From: Candidatus Deferrimicrobiaceae bacterium | Lineage (GTDB): Bacteria > Desulfobacterota > Deferrimicrobia > Deferrimicrobiales > Deferrimicrobiaceae | Reading direction: 5' to 3' | Assembly (NCBI GenBank): GCA_963792415.1 | Contig: CAWBVY010000006.1 | Span: forward strand, 192,001 to 256,000 | DNA: 64,000 nt | Shown: piece by piece, positions 49,326 through 59,619 of the stretch | Position numbering within the stretch: position 1 is the first letter of the stretch | Layout: every line of letters begins with the position of its first letter | Made by a program: the position numbers and the translations under genes | The notes under the pieces: model-generated | The model's database searches: none | Seen by the model: the letters and a program-made list of their open reading frames with translations, nothing else | Told to the model about the DNA's origin: nothing

Positions 49326-50303
49326 TCACTCCCCCGACGCCCGCCGGGGGCCCTTCTCGACCGGGATGCGGTCCCTGTTTTCGTCGAGCCAGTCCTCGAA
49401 CGTCTTCATCGAGGGGTTGAGCGTCCTGGAGAATTCGGGGCTGCGGGCTCTGCAGAAGGACGATTCGAAGTCCCGTTTGAACTGGAACATGTTCCCGAGA
49501 TCGTCCGCCCCGGGGAACCCGAAGCCGCGGTAGGTCTCGGGGGACACCGCGTTGTACCGGACCTCCTCCCCGAGCGCCCTCGTGAGAGCTGCCGCCATCT
49601 GACCGCCGGTCAGCTGACCGCCGGCGATGCCCACGGTCTTGCCGGTGAATTCGCTCCCCCTCCTGAAAATGGCGTACGCGCATTTTCCGATATCATCGGA
49701 AGCGATGCCGGGGAGCTTCTTGTCGGCCATGGGCAGGGTGATATAAAGGTTCCCGTCCTCCCCCCTCTTGGGCCCCATCCCGAAGTGGATCAGGTTCTCC
49801 CAGTAAAACGACGTCAGCAGGAAAGTCGTCGGGATGCCGCGCTCGGTGAAAAGCCGGTTGGCCTCTCCCTTGGCGTCGAAGTGCGGTACCTTGTATTTCT
49901 CCATGAGGGTCGGCATGCGGCGGTCGTCGAGGGGGACCCACTCCCGGGTATCCTCGAGAGTCGACCAGATGACGTGCCGCACGCCTTCGTGTTTCGCCGC
50001 GTCGGCCATGTTCTTCGCCTCCGCCAGTTCCTTCTCCGGAGAAAAGTGCTCCCAGAAGAAAGTGACGCAGAACGCCCCATGGGCTCCGCGGAACGCCTTT
50101 TTCAGACTCTCCACGTCGTCGATGTCGACCTGCACGACTTCCGCGCCCAGCCTCTTCAGCTCTTTCGCCTTGTCGGAACCGGCATTCCTCGTCAGGGCGC
50201 GGACCCTGTACCCGCCGCCCGAATCCTTCAGGATGGCCCGGCACAAGCCTCCACCCTGCGCCCCGGTTGCCCCAATGACCGCGATGATCTTCGTGTCGTT
50301 CAC
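49326..50303 (-). CDS. NmrA/HSCARG family NAD(P)-binding protein
   Basis: VIGATGAQGG, VRALTRN, VPHFDAKG, FYWEN; AAAGGAGG RBS before GTG. Confidence 0.92.
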   Translation of the reverse strand: MNDTKIIAVIGATGAQGGGLCRAILKDSGGGYRVRALTRNAGSDKAKELKRLGAEVVQVDIDDVESLKKAFRGAHGAFCVTFFWEHFSPEKELAEAKNMADAAKHEGVRHVIWSTLEDTREWVPLDDRRMPTLMEKYKVPHFDAKGEANRLFTERGIPTTFLLTSFYWENLIHFGMGPKRGEDGNLYITLPMADKKLPGIASDDIGKCAYAIFRRGSEFTGKTVGIAGGQLTGGQMAAALTRALGEEVRYNAVSPETYRGFGFPGADDLGNMFQFKRDFESSFCRARSPEFSRTLNPSMKTFEDWLDENRDRIPVEKGPRRASGE

Positions 50304-50490
50304 GGTTTGCCTCCTTTGTTCCTGCGCTCGTGACCCGTACGGTTGCCTCGTTGACGGATTTCCTCCACTTGTCACCTCATTCGATCGCTCCGGACCGGCG
50401 ATGGATTCCGGCTCTCCCCGTTTTTTCGAGGTTTCCCGAATGATCCCCCCCAAGTCCCCCGGCATGAGAAACTATTCCTCACCCCGAAGA

Positions 50491-51960
50491 ATGGAGCAGG
50501 ACTTGCCTCGCCAGACCAACCGCCCTCTGACCGTCGTCTCTTTGCTCCTCGGCCTCTTCCTGGCCGCCATGGAGATGACCGTCGTGTCCACGGCGATGCC
50601 CACCGCGGTGGGGGACCTCGGAGGGATCCTCCTCTACGCCTGGGTGTTCGCCGCCTACATGCTCACCGCGACCGTGACCTTGCCCATCTACGGCAAGCTC
50701 GCGGACCTTTACGGCCGGAAGCCGGTGATGCTCGTCGGCCTCGCCCTTTTCCTGGGCGGCTCCTTCCTCTGCGGCCACGCCGACAGCATGAACATGCTCA
50801 TTCTCTTCCGGGCGATCCAGGGGCTGGGCGCCGGTGCCATCCAGCCCATGGCGATGACCATCGTTGGGGACCTCTTCGACGTGCACGAGCGCGCCCGGAT
50901 CCAGGGGATCCTCGGCGCGGTCTGGGGGGTCGCCGGCCTGATCGGTCCGGTCCTCGGAGGGGCGATTGTCCATTGGCTTTCCTGGCGATGGGTTTTCTAC
51001 GTGAACATCCCGTTGGGCCTGGGGTGCGCGGCGATGCTGATCTTCGCCTACCACGAGAAAGTGGAACGGCAGGACCACCGGCTCGATTTCGCGGGCGCGG
51101 CGCTGCTTTCGGGCACCGTGGTGCTCGCCCTTCTCGCGGCCCGCTCGCGGGGGGAAGGCCTGGGCTTCCTCCCCGCGGCGGGCGTTGCGCTGGCGCTCTT
51201 CCTGTGGGTGGAGCGTCGCGCGGAAGAGCCCCTCTTTCCGCTCGACCTCTTCTCCCAGCGCGTCATGGCCGTCGCATCGGTGACCGGAGCGCTTGTCGGC
51301 GCGGCGATGATCTCGGTGGTCACCTTCGTGCCGCTGTTCGTGCAGAGCGTCCTCGCCGGGAGCCCGACCGACGCCGGCACCACGATCGCCCCGATCGCCA
51401 TCGGGTGGCCCATTTCCTCGACGCTGGCGGGGCGGATCCTCCCGCGGACGGGGTACCGGGCGCTCATCCGCGGAGGCCTGGCGCTCACGTTCTGCGCGGC
51501 GTTGGCGCTTTCGCTCCTGCTCCGGCCCGGAGCGGATCTATGGTCGCTGCGACTGACCATGTTCTTCTACGGGCTGGGCCTGGGATTCGCCAACACTCCC
51601 CTGATCATCGGGGTGCAGTCCAGCGTCCCCTGGAAACGGCGCGGCGTCGCCACCGCGAGCACCATGTTCAGCCGCTCGATCGGCGGCACCCTGGCCGTGG
51701 GCGTCCTCGGAGGTGTCCTCGGGGCGGCGCTTGCCGCCGGCGGCGCCCCCCCCGGAGCGGTGGACAAGCTCCTCGGGCCGGAGCGCTCCTTCCTTCCCCC
51801 GGAGCTCGTGCGCAGCCTGTCGGGGGCGCTGCAGGGGGGGATGGAAGGGATCTTCCAGGCCGTGGCGTTCATCGCCTTCGCGGGATTCGCGGTGAGTCTC
51901 CTCTTCCCCGCGATCAGGGTCGCACCGCGGGGTTCCACCATGGACGAAGCGCCCCGGTAA
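50491..51960 (+). CDS. MFS drug:H+ antiporter (DHA2, EmrB/QacA-like)
   Basis: TVVSTAMP, GKLADLYGRK, RAIQGLGAG, GPVLGG, WRWVFYVNIP; about 14 TM segments. Confidence 0.92.
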   Translation: MEQDLPRQTNRPLTVVSLLLGLFLAAMEMTVVSTAMPTAVGDLGGILLYAWVFAAYMLTATVTLPIYGKLADLYGRKPVMLVGLALFLGGSFLCGHADSMNMLILFRAIQGLGAGAIQPMAMTIVGDLFDVHERARIQGILGAVWGVAGLIGPVLGGAIVHWLSWRWVFYVNIPLGLGCAAMLIFAYHEKVERQDHRLDFAGAALLSGTVVLALLAARSRGEGLGFLPAAGVALALFLWVERRAEEPLFPLDLFSQRVMAVASVTGALVGAAMISVVTFVPLFVQSVLAGSPTDAGTTIAPIAIGWPISSTLAGRILPRTGYRALIRGGLALTFCAALALSLLLRPGADLWSLRLTMFFYGLGLGFANTPLIIGVQSSVPWKRRGVATASTMFSRSIGGTLAVGVLGGVLGAALAAGGAPPGAVDKLLGPERSFLPPELVRSLSGALQGGMEGIFQAVAFIAFAGFAVSLLFPAIRVAPRGSTMDEAPR

Positions 51961-52076
51961 TCCGGATCCCCCCGCCCGGGCGGCGGACGGGTCGATCGCC
52001 GATACGGAGGGGCGCCGTCCTTCGTCCGTTGCCTTTCCGCGCCGGCCGCCCGATAATGTCGTCAGCGAGGAAGACC

Positions 52077-53363
52077 ATGCTGCTTCGGAAGATCCCGATC
52101 AACCTCTGGAACCTCGTCTCCCCCCTGGCAAGGACGTTCGACCTCATGAATCCCGCTCTCGGGGACCACTGCCTGCGGGTCGCCTATCTCGCGATGCGTC
52201 TGGCGGAGGAACTGGAGTGGCCGGCCTGGAGGCGAAGGGAGGTGGCGATCGCCGGGGCGCTCCACGACATCGGGGCGTTCTCCCTGGCCGAGCGGCTCGA
52301 TCTGCTGGAATTCGAAACCGCGGACCAGGGGACCCACGCACGGGCCGGGTACATCCTGCTGCGGGAGTTCAAGCCGTTCGAGCGGATCGCGGAAACGGTG
52401 CTGCACCACCACCTGCCCTGGCGGAACGGCCAGGGCGAGCGGGTGGACGGATCCCCTGTGCCGGAAGGCAGCCATCTCGTGCACCTCGCGGACCGGACGG
52501 CGGTTCTCTTCCGAAAGGACGAGCCGGTCCTGGGCCAAATTCCCGGAATCCGGGCGTCGATCCGCGAGCGGAGCGGATCCTGGTTCGCGCCCGCCTATGT
52601 CGACGCGCTCCTGCGCCTTTGCGACCGCGACTACATCTGGATGGAGATCTCCTCCGGTGCGATGGAAGATTCCCTGCGCCTCTCCCTCGGGATGGAGACG
52701 ATCGACACGGACATCGGGGAGTTCGTCGGTTTCTCCCGCCTCGTCTGCCGGATCATCGACTTCAAGAGCGCGTTCACGGCGACCCACTCCAGCGGCGTCG
52801 CCGCCGCGGGGCGATCCCTCGCGTCCCTGATCGGCTTCTCGCGGCAGGAGTGCCAGATGTTCGAGATCGCCGCCTACCTCCACGACCTGGGGAAGCTGGC
52901 GGTCCCCTCCGAGATCCTCGAGAAGCGGGAACGCCTGACACAGGCCGAATGGGGCGTGATGCGGACCCACGCCTACTACACCTACCAGATCCTCAGCCCG
53001 ATCGAGGCCCTGAACCTCGTCGCCTCCTGGAGCTCCCTCCACCAGGAGCGCCTCGACGGCAGCGGCTACCCGTTCCACGTCGGCGAGGACGACCTGCCGC
53101 TCGGGGCCCGGGTCATGGCCGTGGCGGACGTCTTCACGGGGATCACCGAGAACCGTCCGTACCGCGAGGGGATGGCGCGGGAGGAGGCCCTGGGGGTCCT
53201 CCACGGGATGGTGGCGAAGGGGGAACTCGACGGCCGCCTGGTCTCCCTGCTGGAGACGCACTTCGACGCGATCAGCCGCGCCCGCGAAGAGGCGCAGACA
53301 GAGGCCGTCCGTGAGTACGGGGCGTTCCGGGAAGCCCTGACGGGCGCCTCGTCCGCGGGATAA
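52077..53363 (+). CDS. Tandem HD / HD-GYP phosphodiesterase
   Basis: First domain HCLRV...LHDIG...HHH; second domain HSSGV...LHDLGK...HQERLDGSGYP, RPYR. Confidence 0.88.
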   Translation: MLLRKIPINLWNLVSPLARTFDLMNPALGDHCLRVAYLAMRLAEELEWPAWRRREVAIAGALHDIGAFSLAERLDLLEFETADQGTHARAGYILLREFKPFERIAETVLHHHLPWRNGQGERVDGSPVPEGSHLVHLADRTAVLFRKDEPVLGQIPGIRASIRERSGSWFAPAYVDALLRLCDRDYIWMEISSGAMEDSLRLSLGMETIDTDIGEFVGFSRLVCRIIDFKSAFTATHSSGVAAAGRSLASLIGFSRQECQMFEIAAYLHDLGKLAVPSEILEKRERLTQAEWGVMRTHAYYTYQILSPIEALNLVASWSSLHQERLDGSGYPFHVGEDDLPLGARVMAVADVFTGITENRPYREGMAREEALGVLHGMVAKGELDGRLVSLLETHFDAISRAREEAQTEAVREYGAFREALTGASSAG

Positions 53364-53369
53364 CCGAAG

Positions 53370-53406
53370 AAAAAAGCCCCTCGTGGCACCTTGCCAGGAG
53401 GGGCTT
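53370..53406 (-). terminator. Intrinsic terminator between convergent genes
   Basis: AAGCCCCTC-GTGGCA...TGCCAG-GAGGGGCTT stem preceded by A6. Confidence 0.75.
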
Positions 53407-53439
53407 CGCGGAATGCCTCCGGGATGGGAATCCCCTGCG

Positions 53440-53844
53440 TTACGGATTCGCCACGAACCAGACGTTCCCGAGTCCCTGCCCCAGGACATCCCCCGGCGCC
53501 TTGTCGCCCGCGTAGTAGTACAGGGGCCAGCCTTTGTACGTTGTCTGCGGCTTCCCGTCTTCCCGGGAGATGTTGCCGAAATCCCCGGCGGCAACTCCTT
53601 CCGGGACCCCGACTTTTTCACGGTGGTAGACAGGCCACTTTTCGACGCAAGGGCCCGCGCAGACGCTCTTGTTGGGGGAATCCTTCTTGAAAATGTAGAG
53701 GGTCATCCCTTTCGAATCGGTCAGGAATTTTCCGACGCCGTCCTTTTCGGAGATCTTCACCACGTGCTGGTCGGCAAACGCGGCCCCTCCAAGAACCAGC
53801 GTCAGGACTGCGCACATCGCGTATAGCACTGCACTTTTCCGCAT
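53440..53844 (-). CDS. Secreted protein with Y-x4-D repeats (Lipoprotein_15 / COG4315-like)
   Basis: Signal peptide; GMTLYIFKKD, C-x3-C-x3-WP, QTTYKGWPLYYYAGD, GNVW. Confidence 0.85.
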   Translation of the reverse strand: MRKSAVLYAMCAVLTLVLGGAAFADQHVVKISEKDGVGKFLTDSKGMTLYIFKKDSPNKSVCAGPCVEKWPVYHREKVGVPEGVAAGDFGNISREDGKPQTTYKGWPLYYYAGDKAPGDVLGQGLGNVWFVANP

Positions 53845-54083
53845 GACTCCCTCCCTTGCGATTTTTTCCCCTAACCGATCCTTAGGTGCACGGCCCCTGG
53901 GGGAAGTTTCCTCTTCCCGCGGAATCCCTTTCGATCCTCGAGGTTCGCCGTCCCGGTGGAGGCGATACGCGAAATGACGCGAAAGATCCCCTCCCGGGAT
54001 GCCGTGGTCTGGTAATAGAATGGTGCGGCAACCGGAGCCGCCCCTTCGGGGTCCAATTTCCGTTCCGGGGGCGGGGGAGATCG

Positions 54084-57000
54084 ATGACCCTGAGGCGCGC
54101 GGCACTATGGTGTGTCGCGGGATTTGCGGCCCTTCTGGGGGTTGCCGCGCTGTCCGTCGCCCTGGCCCTCTACCGGCCCGCGCTTGTCCGGCCGTGGGTG
54201 CAGCGGGCACTGGCTCCCCGCGGCGGGACGGCCTCCCTGGCCGGACTGAAAATATCGCTCGCCCCGCCGACCGTGCTGCTTTCCGGACTGGTGATTGCGG
54301 GGCCTCCGCGCGAGGGCGATCGCATCACCCTGGACCATCTGCAATTCGAACTGGTCCCCTCCCGCTTCCTCCACGGCGGCCCCTGGTTGCGGCACGTGGA
54401 AGCAAGGGGAGTGATCTTCGAGCGACCAGGCCCCCGGCAGACGGAAGGTCCGCCGGACCTGACGGCGCTCACCCGACTGTTCGACATCGAGGACCTGTCG
54501 CTGACGGACGCCCGGCTCCGCATGGCCATGACCCAGGGAGTTCTTTCGGTGGACGGGTTGCGGTTGAACCTGGCCCCGGGGGAAGGCGGGATGCGCGCCT
54601 TCGACGGATTCGGGGATCTGTCCTTTCGGGGAATGGGAAGGAACGTCTTCGCATCGAAGTTTTCGGCCCGCGGCACCGTCACGACCGAACCTGCGTTCAC
54701 GGTCGATCTCGTGTCGGCCTCGGGTCCCCTGGAACTGCCGTGGATTTCAGGCACCCTTTCCGGCCGGACCCGCCTGCGGGTGACGCGGAATACCCTCCAG
54801 GCGGAGGACCTGAACCTGACGCTGTCGCAGGGGCGGGTCCTCCTGGATTCGCGCGGGGAAATCCTCCCGGAATCGATCCGCCTGAACGGAGCTGCCGCTG
54901 CAACGCTGGAGGGACGGGACCCTCGCATTGAAGTCCGCGCGTTGGACATCGGCGGCCTGCTCATCGCGCGTGGACAGCTGGCCGGCCCGATCCTCGAAAC
55001 GATGTCCGGTACCCTTGAAGGGGAGATTCCGCGGGTGGAACGGGTGAGAACCTATTTGGCTCCTCTCCTGCCCGGTGCTCTTGCAGACATCGAACTGACG
55101 GGCAGACTGCCCTGGCGCCTGTCTCTGTCCACCGGGATCAAGGAACGTCTCCTGGCCCTCGAACTTCTCTCGCCCGACCTGCGGCTTTCCTCCGCAAGCG
55201 CGGGGCTCGATTGCGGCTTCGGGGGATCCTTCAGGGCGGCGGGCTCTCTCGATAAATGGCTTCATGGAAGGGTCTCCATGAGCGGTCGGGTCCAGGGAAC
55301 GGGAAGTTTCCACCGGCCGCCGCTCGCGGTGCGCCGCTTCCGCTTCGACACCCCATTCGCGGGAGCGATGGCCGCTCCCACCCTGCAAGGCTGGACCCTC
55401 TCGACGGGACCGGGAGAGGTTCTCTACGAAGGCCGTCCCCTGCCCTTGGGAACGGTCGCGATCCGGGGATCCGCAAGGGCGGTCGGGGATTCTTACCGCG
55501 TGGAAGACGTGGAGATCCGATCCGGATCCCTCGGCCGCTTGACCGGTCATGGGGCCTACCAGGGCGGGAACGTCATCGGCCGCCTGACCGGCACGAGGCT
55601 GCCCGCGGACAACCTCGCGACGCTGGCTGGAGCCCTTGGAGGACGCGACTGGAAGGGGTGGTCTCCCACCGGCGTCATCGACCTCTCCGCCCGGCTGGAC
55701 CCTCTGGAGGACGGGAGGCGGCTGGCGGCTACGGCCACGCTCGGGGAGATCGGCTTCAGCTCCCCCGGCGGCGATGCGATGGGTCAACAACTGGGCGGCA
55801 CGGTCGGCCTTGAGGCGGATCTGACCTCCCGGCCCCATGCGAAGGTTGACCTGACCCTGCAGCGAGGGGAAGCCCTCTGGGGCACGATCTACCTGGACCT
55901 CGCGAAGGATCCGCTGGTCCTTCGCGTCGGGGGAGCGCGGACGGGCCCCGAGGAATACGGGGAACTCCTTCTCGAAGGCGGTTTGGCAGGTTTCGGCCGC
56001 CTCGAGATCGGGGGAAAGGCACACCGAGAGGACGGCAGGTGGCGCCACCAGGGGCGACTCGCAATACGCGACGCCCGGCTCGGTCCGATCTTCCGCACCT
56101 TCCTGAGGGACCCCATGGCGGCATCGCAACCCGGTCTCGCCGGGCTGGAGATGGGAGGTTCCGCCGAGGTCGATCTTTCCTTTACGGGTATCGGGGAAGC
56201 GGCCGCCCTGGACGGAGCGCTCCGGCTTCGATCGGGCGCTCTGCGCCAAGGGGCGGAACCCCCTCTCCTCTCCGGGCTCGACATCGACCTGCCGATCTCC
56301 TATTCTCTCGGCGCCGCGGACCCGGGGTACCCCGCCCCCTCGGCCGGAGCGGAGTGGGGCCGTCTGCGTCTTGAGAAGATTCGCCTCTCCGGACAGGAAT
56401 TGGGGCCTCTGGAGATGCCGGCCGTCCTGGTCCCCAACCGTCTCTACCTCGAGGGATCCGTCGAGGCGTCCCTGTTCGGAGCCCGGCTTGCCTTGCGACG
56501 GATCCGGGTGGAGGAACCGCTTTCCCCGGGCTTTCGCGTCCGGATGGGGGCGGAACTGGACGATCTGAACCTGTCCGATATCGCCGGAAAGGATCCGATG
56601 CTCGAGGGGCGACTTGGAGGAATCCTGGATCCCGTGGTCCTCGACAGGGAACGGATGACCGCCGCCGGAGAGTTGACCGGCGATCTGTTCGGCGGCCGGC
56701 TGGACGTCGGCGGCGTGACGATGGAGCGGCCCTTCAGCGCGGGACGGGAGATCGGCGCCGACGTGACCCTCGATCGGATCGACCTCGAGCGGGTTTCCAC
56801 CGCACTGGGAATCGGACGCATCACCGGACGCCTCTCCGGGTCGATAAAGGGTTTGCGGGTGGCCTTCGGCCAGCCGGTAGCGTTCGATCTCAAGATGGAG
56901 TCGGTACCCGTCAAAGGGGTGAGCCAGTCGGTAAGCCTCAAGGCGGTGAACTCCATCTCATTGATCGGCACGGGCTCCGCGCTGAGCGGCATGGGGGTCT

Positions 57001-57236
57001 CCCTGATGACGAAATTATTCCGGGAATTCCCTTACGAGAAGATCGGTTTCGTATGCGGGTTGAAAAACGACGTCTTCACCGTCCGGGGTCTCATCCACGA
57101 GGACGGTGTAGAATATCTGGTGAAAAGGCGCTTATTCTCCGGGATCGACGTGATCAACGGCAACCCGGACAACCGCATCGGCTTTTCGGATATGCTGGAG
57201 CGCGCAAGACGCGTGACCGGCGAACGCTCCAATTGA
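54084..57236 (+). CDS. Large AsmA-like / YdbH-like intermembrane bridge protein
   Basis: N-terminal TM anchor, about 1050 aa of beta-rich sequence, C-terminal FPYEKIGF; followed by a YnbE/YdbL-like lipoprotein. Confidence 0.7.
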   Translation: MTLRRAALWCVAGFAALLGVAALSVALALYRPALVRPWVQRALAPRGGTASLAGLKISLAPPTVLLSGLVIAGPPREGDRITLDHLQFELVPSRFLHGGPWLRHVEARGVIFERPGPRQTEGPPDLTALTRLFDIEDLSLTDARLRMAMTQGVLSVDGLRLNLAPGEGGMRAFDGFGDLSFRGMGRNVFASKFSARGTVTTEPAFTVDLVSASGPLELPWISGTLSGRTRLRVTRNTLQAEDLNLTLSQGRVLLDSRGEILPESIRLNGAAAATLEGRDPRIEVRALDIGGLLIARGQLAGPILETMSGTLEGEIPRVERVRTYLAPLLPGALADIELTGRLPWRLSLSTGIKERLLALELLSPDLRLSSASAGLDCGFGGSFRAAGSLDKWLHGRVSMSGRVQGTGSFHRPPLAVRRFRFDTPFAGAMAAPTLQGWTLSTGPGEVLYEGRPLPLGTVAIRGSARAVGDSYRVEDVEIRSGSLGRLTGHGAYQGGNVIGRLTGTRLPADNLATLAGALGGRDWKGWSPTGVIDLSARLDPLEDGRRLAATATLGEIGFSSPGGDAMGQQLGGTVGLEADLTSRPHAKVDLTLQRGEALWGTIYLDLAKDPLVLRVGGARTGPEEYGELLLEGGLAGFGRLEIGGKAHREDGRWRHQGRLAIRDARLGPIFRTFLRDPMAASQPGLAGLEMGGSAEVDLSFTGIGEAAALDGALRLRSGALRQGAEPPLLSGLDIDLPISYSLGAADPGYPAPSAGAEWGRLRLEKIRLSGQELGPLEMPAVLVPNRLYLEGSVEASLFGARLALRRIRVEEPLSPGFRVRMGAELDDLNLSDIAGKDPMLEGRLGGILDPVVLDRERMTAAGELTGDLFGGRLDVGGVTMERPFSAGREIGADVTLDRIDLERVSTALGIGRITGRLSGSIKGLRVAFGQPVAFDLKMESVPVKGVSQSVSLKAVNSISLIGTGSALSGMGVSLMTKLFREFPYEKIGFVCGLKNDVFTVRGLIHEDGVEYLVKRRLFSGIDVINGNPDNRIGFSDMLERARRVTGERSN

Positions 57237-57274
57237 GGCGGAGGCACCCATCCGACCGTGAAAAGGGGGATCGC

Positions 57275-57889
57275 ATGAAACGACACGGGCATCGCTTTTC
57301 CTATTCCGTCCTGGCGGTTCTCGCGCTCCTCGCGGGGTGCGTCACGGTAAACGTCTACTTCCCTGCCGCGCAGGTGGAGAAGACGGCCGAGAAGATCGTG
57401 GACGAGGTCTACCAGGAAAACAGGGAACTTCCGAAACAGGAGCCGACGGAGAAACCGCGGTCGTGGAAGGATGGAGAAACGATCCGCGGGATCGTGCGAC
57501 TCGCCCGCTTCGGGCCCGCCCCGGCATTCGCCGAGGAAGCCACGACCGTGAGCAACGCGGCGATTCGCGGGCTGAAGGAGCAGATCGGCCAGCGGCACCA
57601 GGAGTTGCTCCCCTTCTACCAGCAAGGCCAGGTGGGGATCACCCGCGACGGGTTCCTCGAAGTCCGGGGGACGAGCGGCCTCGGGTTGCCCCAGGTGGCG
57701 TCCCTGAAGAGACTCGTCGACGCCGACAACGCCGCCCGCCGCCAGCTCTACGAAGAGGTGGCGAGAGCCCTCAACCTGAAACCGGATCAGGTGTCCCAGG
57801 TCCGGAAGATCTTTGCGAAGCAGTGGAGGGACAAGGCCCAGGCCGGGTGGGCGGTCCAGGCGGACGACGGCACGTGGGGGCGCAAGTAG
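57275..57889 (+). CDS. Lipoprotein with YnbE-like N-terminus and YdbL/DUF1318 domain
   Basis: Lipobox LAGC then VTVNVYFP; GQVGITRDGFL, NAARRQLYEEVA, AQAGWAVQADDGTW. Confidence 0.75.
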   Translation: MKRHGHRFSYSVLAVLALLAGCVTVNVYFPAAQVEKTAEKIVDEVYQENRELPKQEPTEKPRSWKDGETIRGIVRLARFGPAPAFAEEATTVSNAAIRGLKEQIGQRHQELLPFYQQGQVGITRDGFLEVRGTSGLGLPQVASLKRLVDADNAARRQLYEEVARALNLKPDQVSQVRKIFAKQWRDKAQAGWAVQADDGTWGRK

Positions 57890-57926
57890 CGGGTCACGTC
57901 GGCACGGTCCGGCGCGGCCGGGAACG

Positions 57927-58550
57927 TTAATGAAGCTTTGGGAGGCTCCACCCCAGGAAGATCGCGGCGGTCCGCAGCAGTAGCGTCGTGAGGAACGCGA
58001 CGGCGGAAACGACGGAGGGCTGGAAACCCGCCGCGGAAAGAAGGACGAAGGAGAGACCCCCCAGCAGCGCCGCCGTGGCGTAGAAATCCGCGTGCAGCAC
58101 CATCGGGATCTCCATTACGAGGAGGTCGCGGACCACCCCGCCTCCAACGCCGGTCAAGGCCGCGAGCACCACGACGCTCCACGACTTCAAGCCTGCCGCG
58201 GCGCCGGCGGAAGCCCCGATCACGGCGAAGATGGCCAACCCGAGGGCATCCACGAGGAGGAAGGCCCGATCCTCGTCCAGGAACCTTCTCCCCTTCGCCA
58301 CGTAATGCCACGCGACCGCCGACAGGCATCCCAGGAGGGAGAACAGGGCGTACAGGTTCGTGGTGAAGGAAACCGGGATGCGATGCAGGAGGGCATCCCG
58401 GATGATCCCTCCGCCCATGGCGGTCGCGAACCCGAGGACGAGGATGCCGAGGATGTCGAGTTTTTTCCGGATCGCCTTGAACGCCCCGGACATCGCGAAC
58501 GCGAAGGTTCCCACGAGGTCGAAGAGGAGGAACAGGGATTCCTGGGTCAT
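57927..58550 (-). CDS. Trimeric intracellular cation channel family (UPF0126, YadS/YicG-like) membrane protein
   Basis: DLVGTFAFAMSGA, two GGG..RD repeats (MGGGIIRD, VGGGVVRD), DALGLAIF. Confidence 0.9.
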   Translation of the reverse strand: MTQESLFLLFDLVGTFAFAMSGAFKAIRKKLDILGILVLGFATAMGGGIIRDALLHRIPVSFTTNLYALFSLLGCLSAVAWHYVAKGRRFLDEDRAFLLVDALGLAIFAVIGASAGAAAGLKSWSVVVLAALTGVGGGVVRDLLVMEIPMVLHADFYATAALLGGLSFVLLSAAGFQPSVVSAVAFLTTLLLRTAAIFLGWSLPKLH

Positions 58551-58667
58551 TGGGGTAAATTTCCCACAATCCCGCCCGAATGACAACGCGCCGTTCGCCA
58601 TGCTCCCACCGCGGCGGTTGACCCTCCGGCGCCTTCCTGCTTACATATTTCGAAAGGGGGTGTCACC

Positions 58668-59525
58668 ATGACGGTAACGAGGATCTTCCGGAAAGTATGG
58701 CGGGCCGAGCCGACGATCGAAGGCGCGGGCGTCCACCTCAAGCGGGCGTTCGGAAACCGGGAGGCGCCTCGCCTCGACCCCTTCCTCCTCCTCGACGATT
58801 TCCGCTCGGACGACCCCTCGAAATACCTCCCCGGATTCCCCTGGCACCCGCACCGGGGGATCGAGACGATCACCTACGTTCTCGAAGGGGACGTGGAGCA
58901 CGGGGACAGCATGGGAAACCGGGGCGACATCACCGCGGGCGACGTCCAGTGGATGACCGCGGGAAGCGGCATCGTCCACCAGGAGATGCCCAGGGGGAAT
59001 GCCCAGGGACGCATGGGGGGGTTCCAGCTCTGGGCCAACCTCCCCGCCTCTCACAAGATGATGGACCCGCGGTACCGGGACGTGAAGCGAAGCGAGATCC
59101 CCGAAGTCTCCACGGAGGGCGGGGCGAAGGTGAAGATCGTCTGCGGTCGGGTAAACGGCGTGCAGGGCCCGGTCCGGGACATCGTCACCGACCCCGAGTA
59201 CCTCGACGTCTCCGTGCCGAAGGGGACGCAATTCACCCATACGGTCAAGGTGGGGCACACGGTCTTCGCCTACGTCATCGAAGGGAGCGCCCGCTTCGAC
59301 CCGGGCCGCGACGGCCTTTGCGGGCCGGAGAGCCTCGTCCACTACGGTGACGGCGACGCCGTCTCCATCGCCGCCGAAAAGGAACCGGTTCGCTTTCTCC
59401 TCGTGTCCGGCAAGCCGATCGGGGAGCCGGTGGCCTGGCACGGCCCCATCGTGATGAACACCTCCGAGGAGATCCGGACCGCGTTCGAAGAGTACCGGAA
59501 CGGGACCTTCATCAAGCACCGCTGA
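58668..59525 (+). CDS. Pirin family protein
   Basis: DPFLLLDDF, HPHRGIETITY, QWMTAGSGIVHQE, QLWANLP, GPIVMNT. Confidence 0.95.
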   Translation: MTVTRIFRKVWRAEPTIEGAGVHLKRAFGNREAPRLDPFLLLDDFRSDDPSKYLPGFPWHPHRGIETITYVLEGDVEHGDSMGNRGDITAGDVQWMTAGSGIVHQEMPRGNAQGRMGGFQLWANLPASHKMMDPRYRDVKRSEIPEVSTEGGAKVKIVCGRVNGVQGPVRDIVTDPEYLDVSVPKGTQFTHTVKVGHTVFAYVIEGSARFDPGRDGLCGPESLVHYGDGDAVSIAAEKEPVRFLLVSGKPIGEPVAWHGPIVMNTSEEIRTAFEEYRNGTFIKHR

Positions 59526-59619
59526 AAGGAACGGGGCGTCCGGTCGAAGCGCATCTTCCCTCGACCAAGCAGCCGGGAGCGAAAGCCGGACCGGGCGGAC
59601 GCGCGCGAACCGCATCCGT

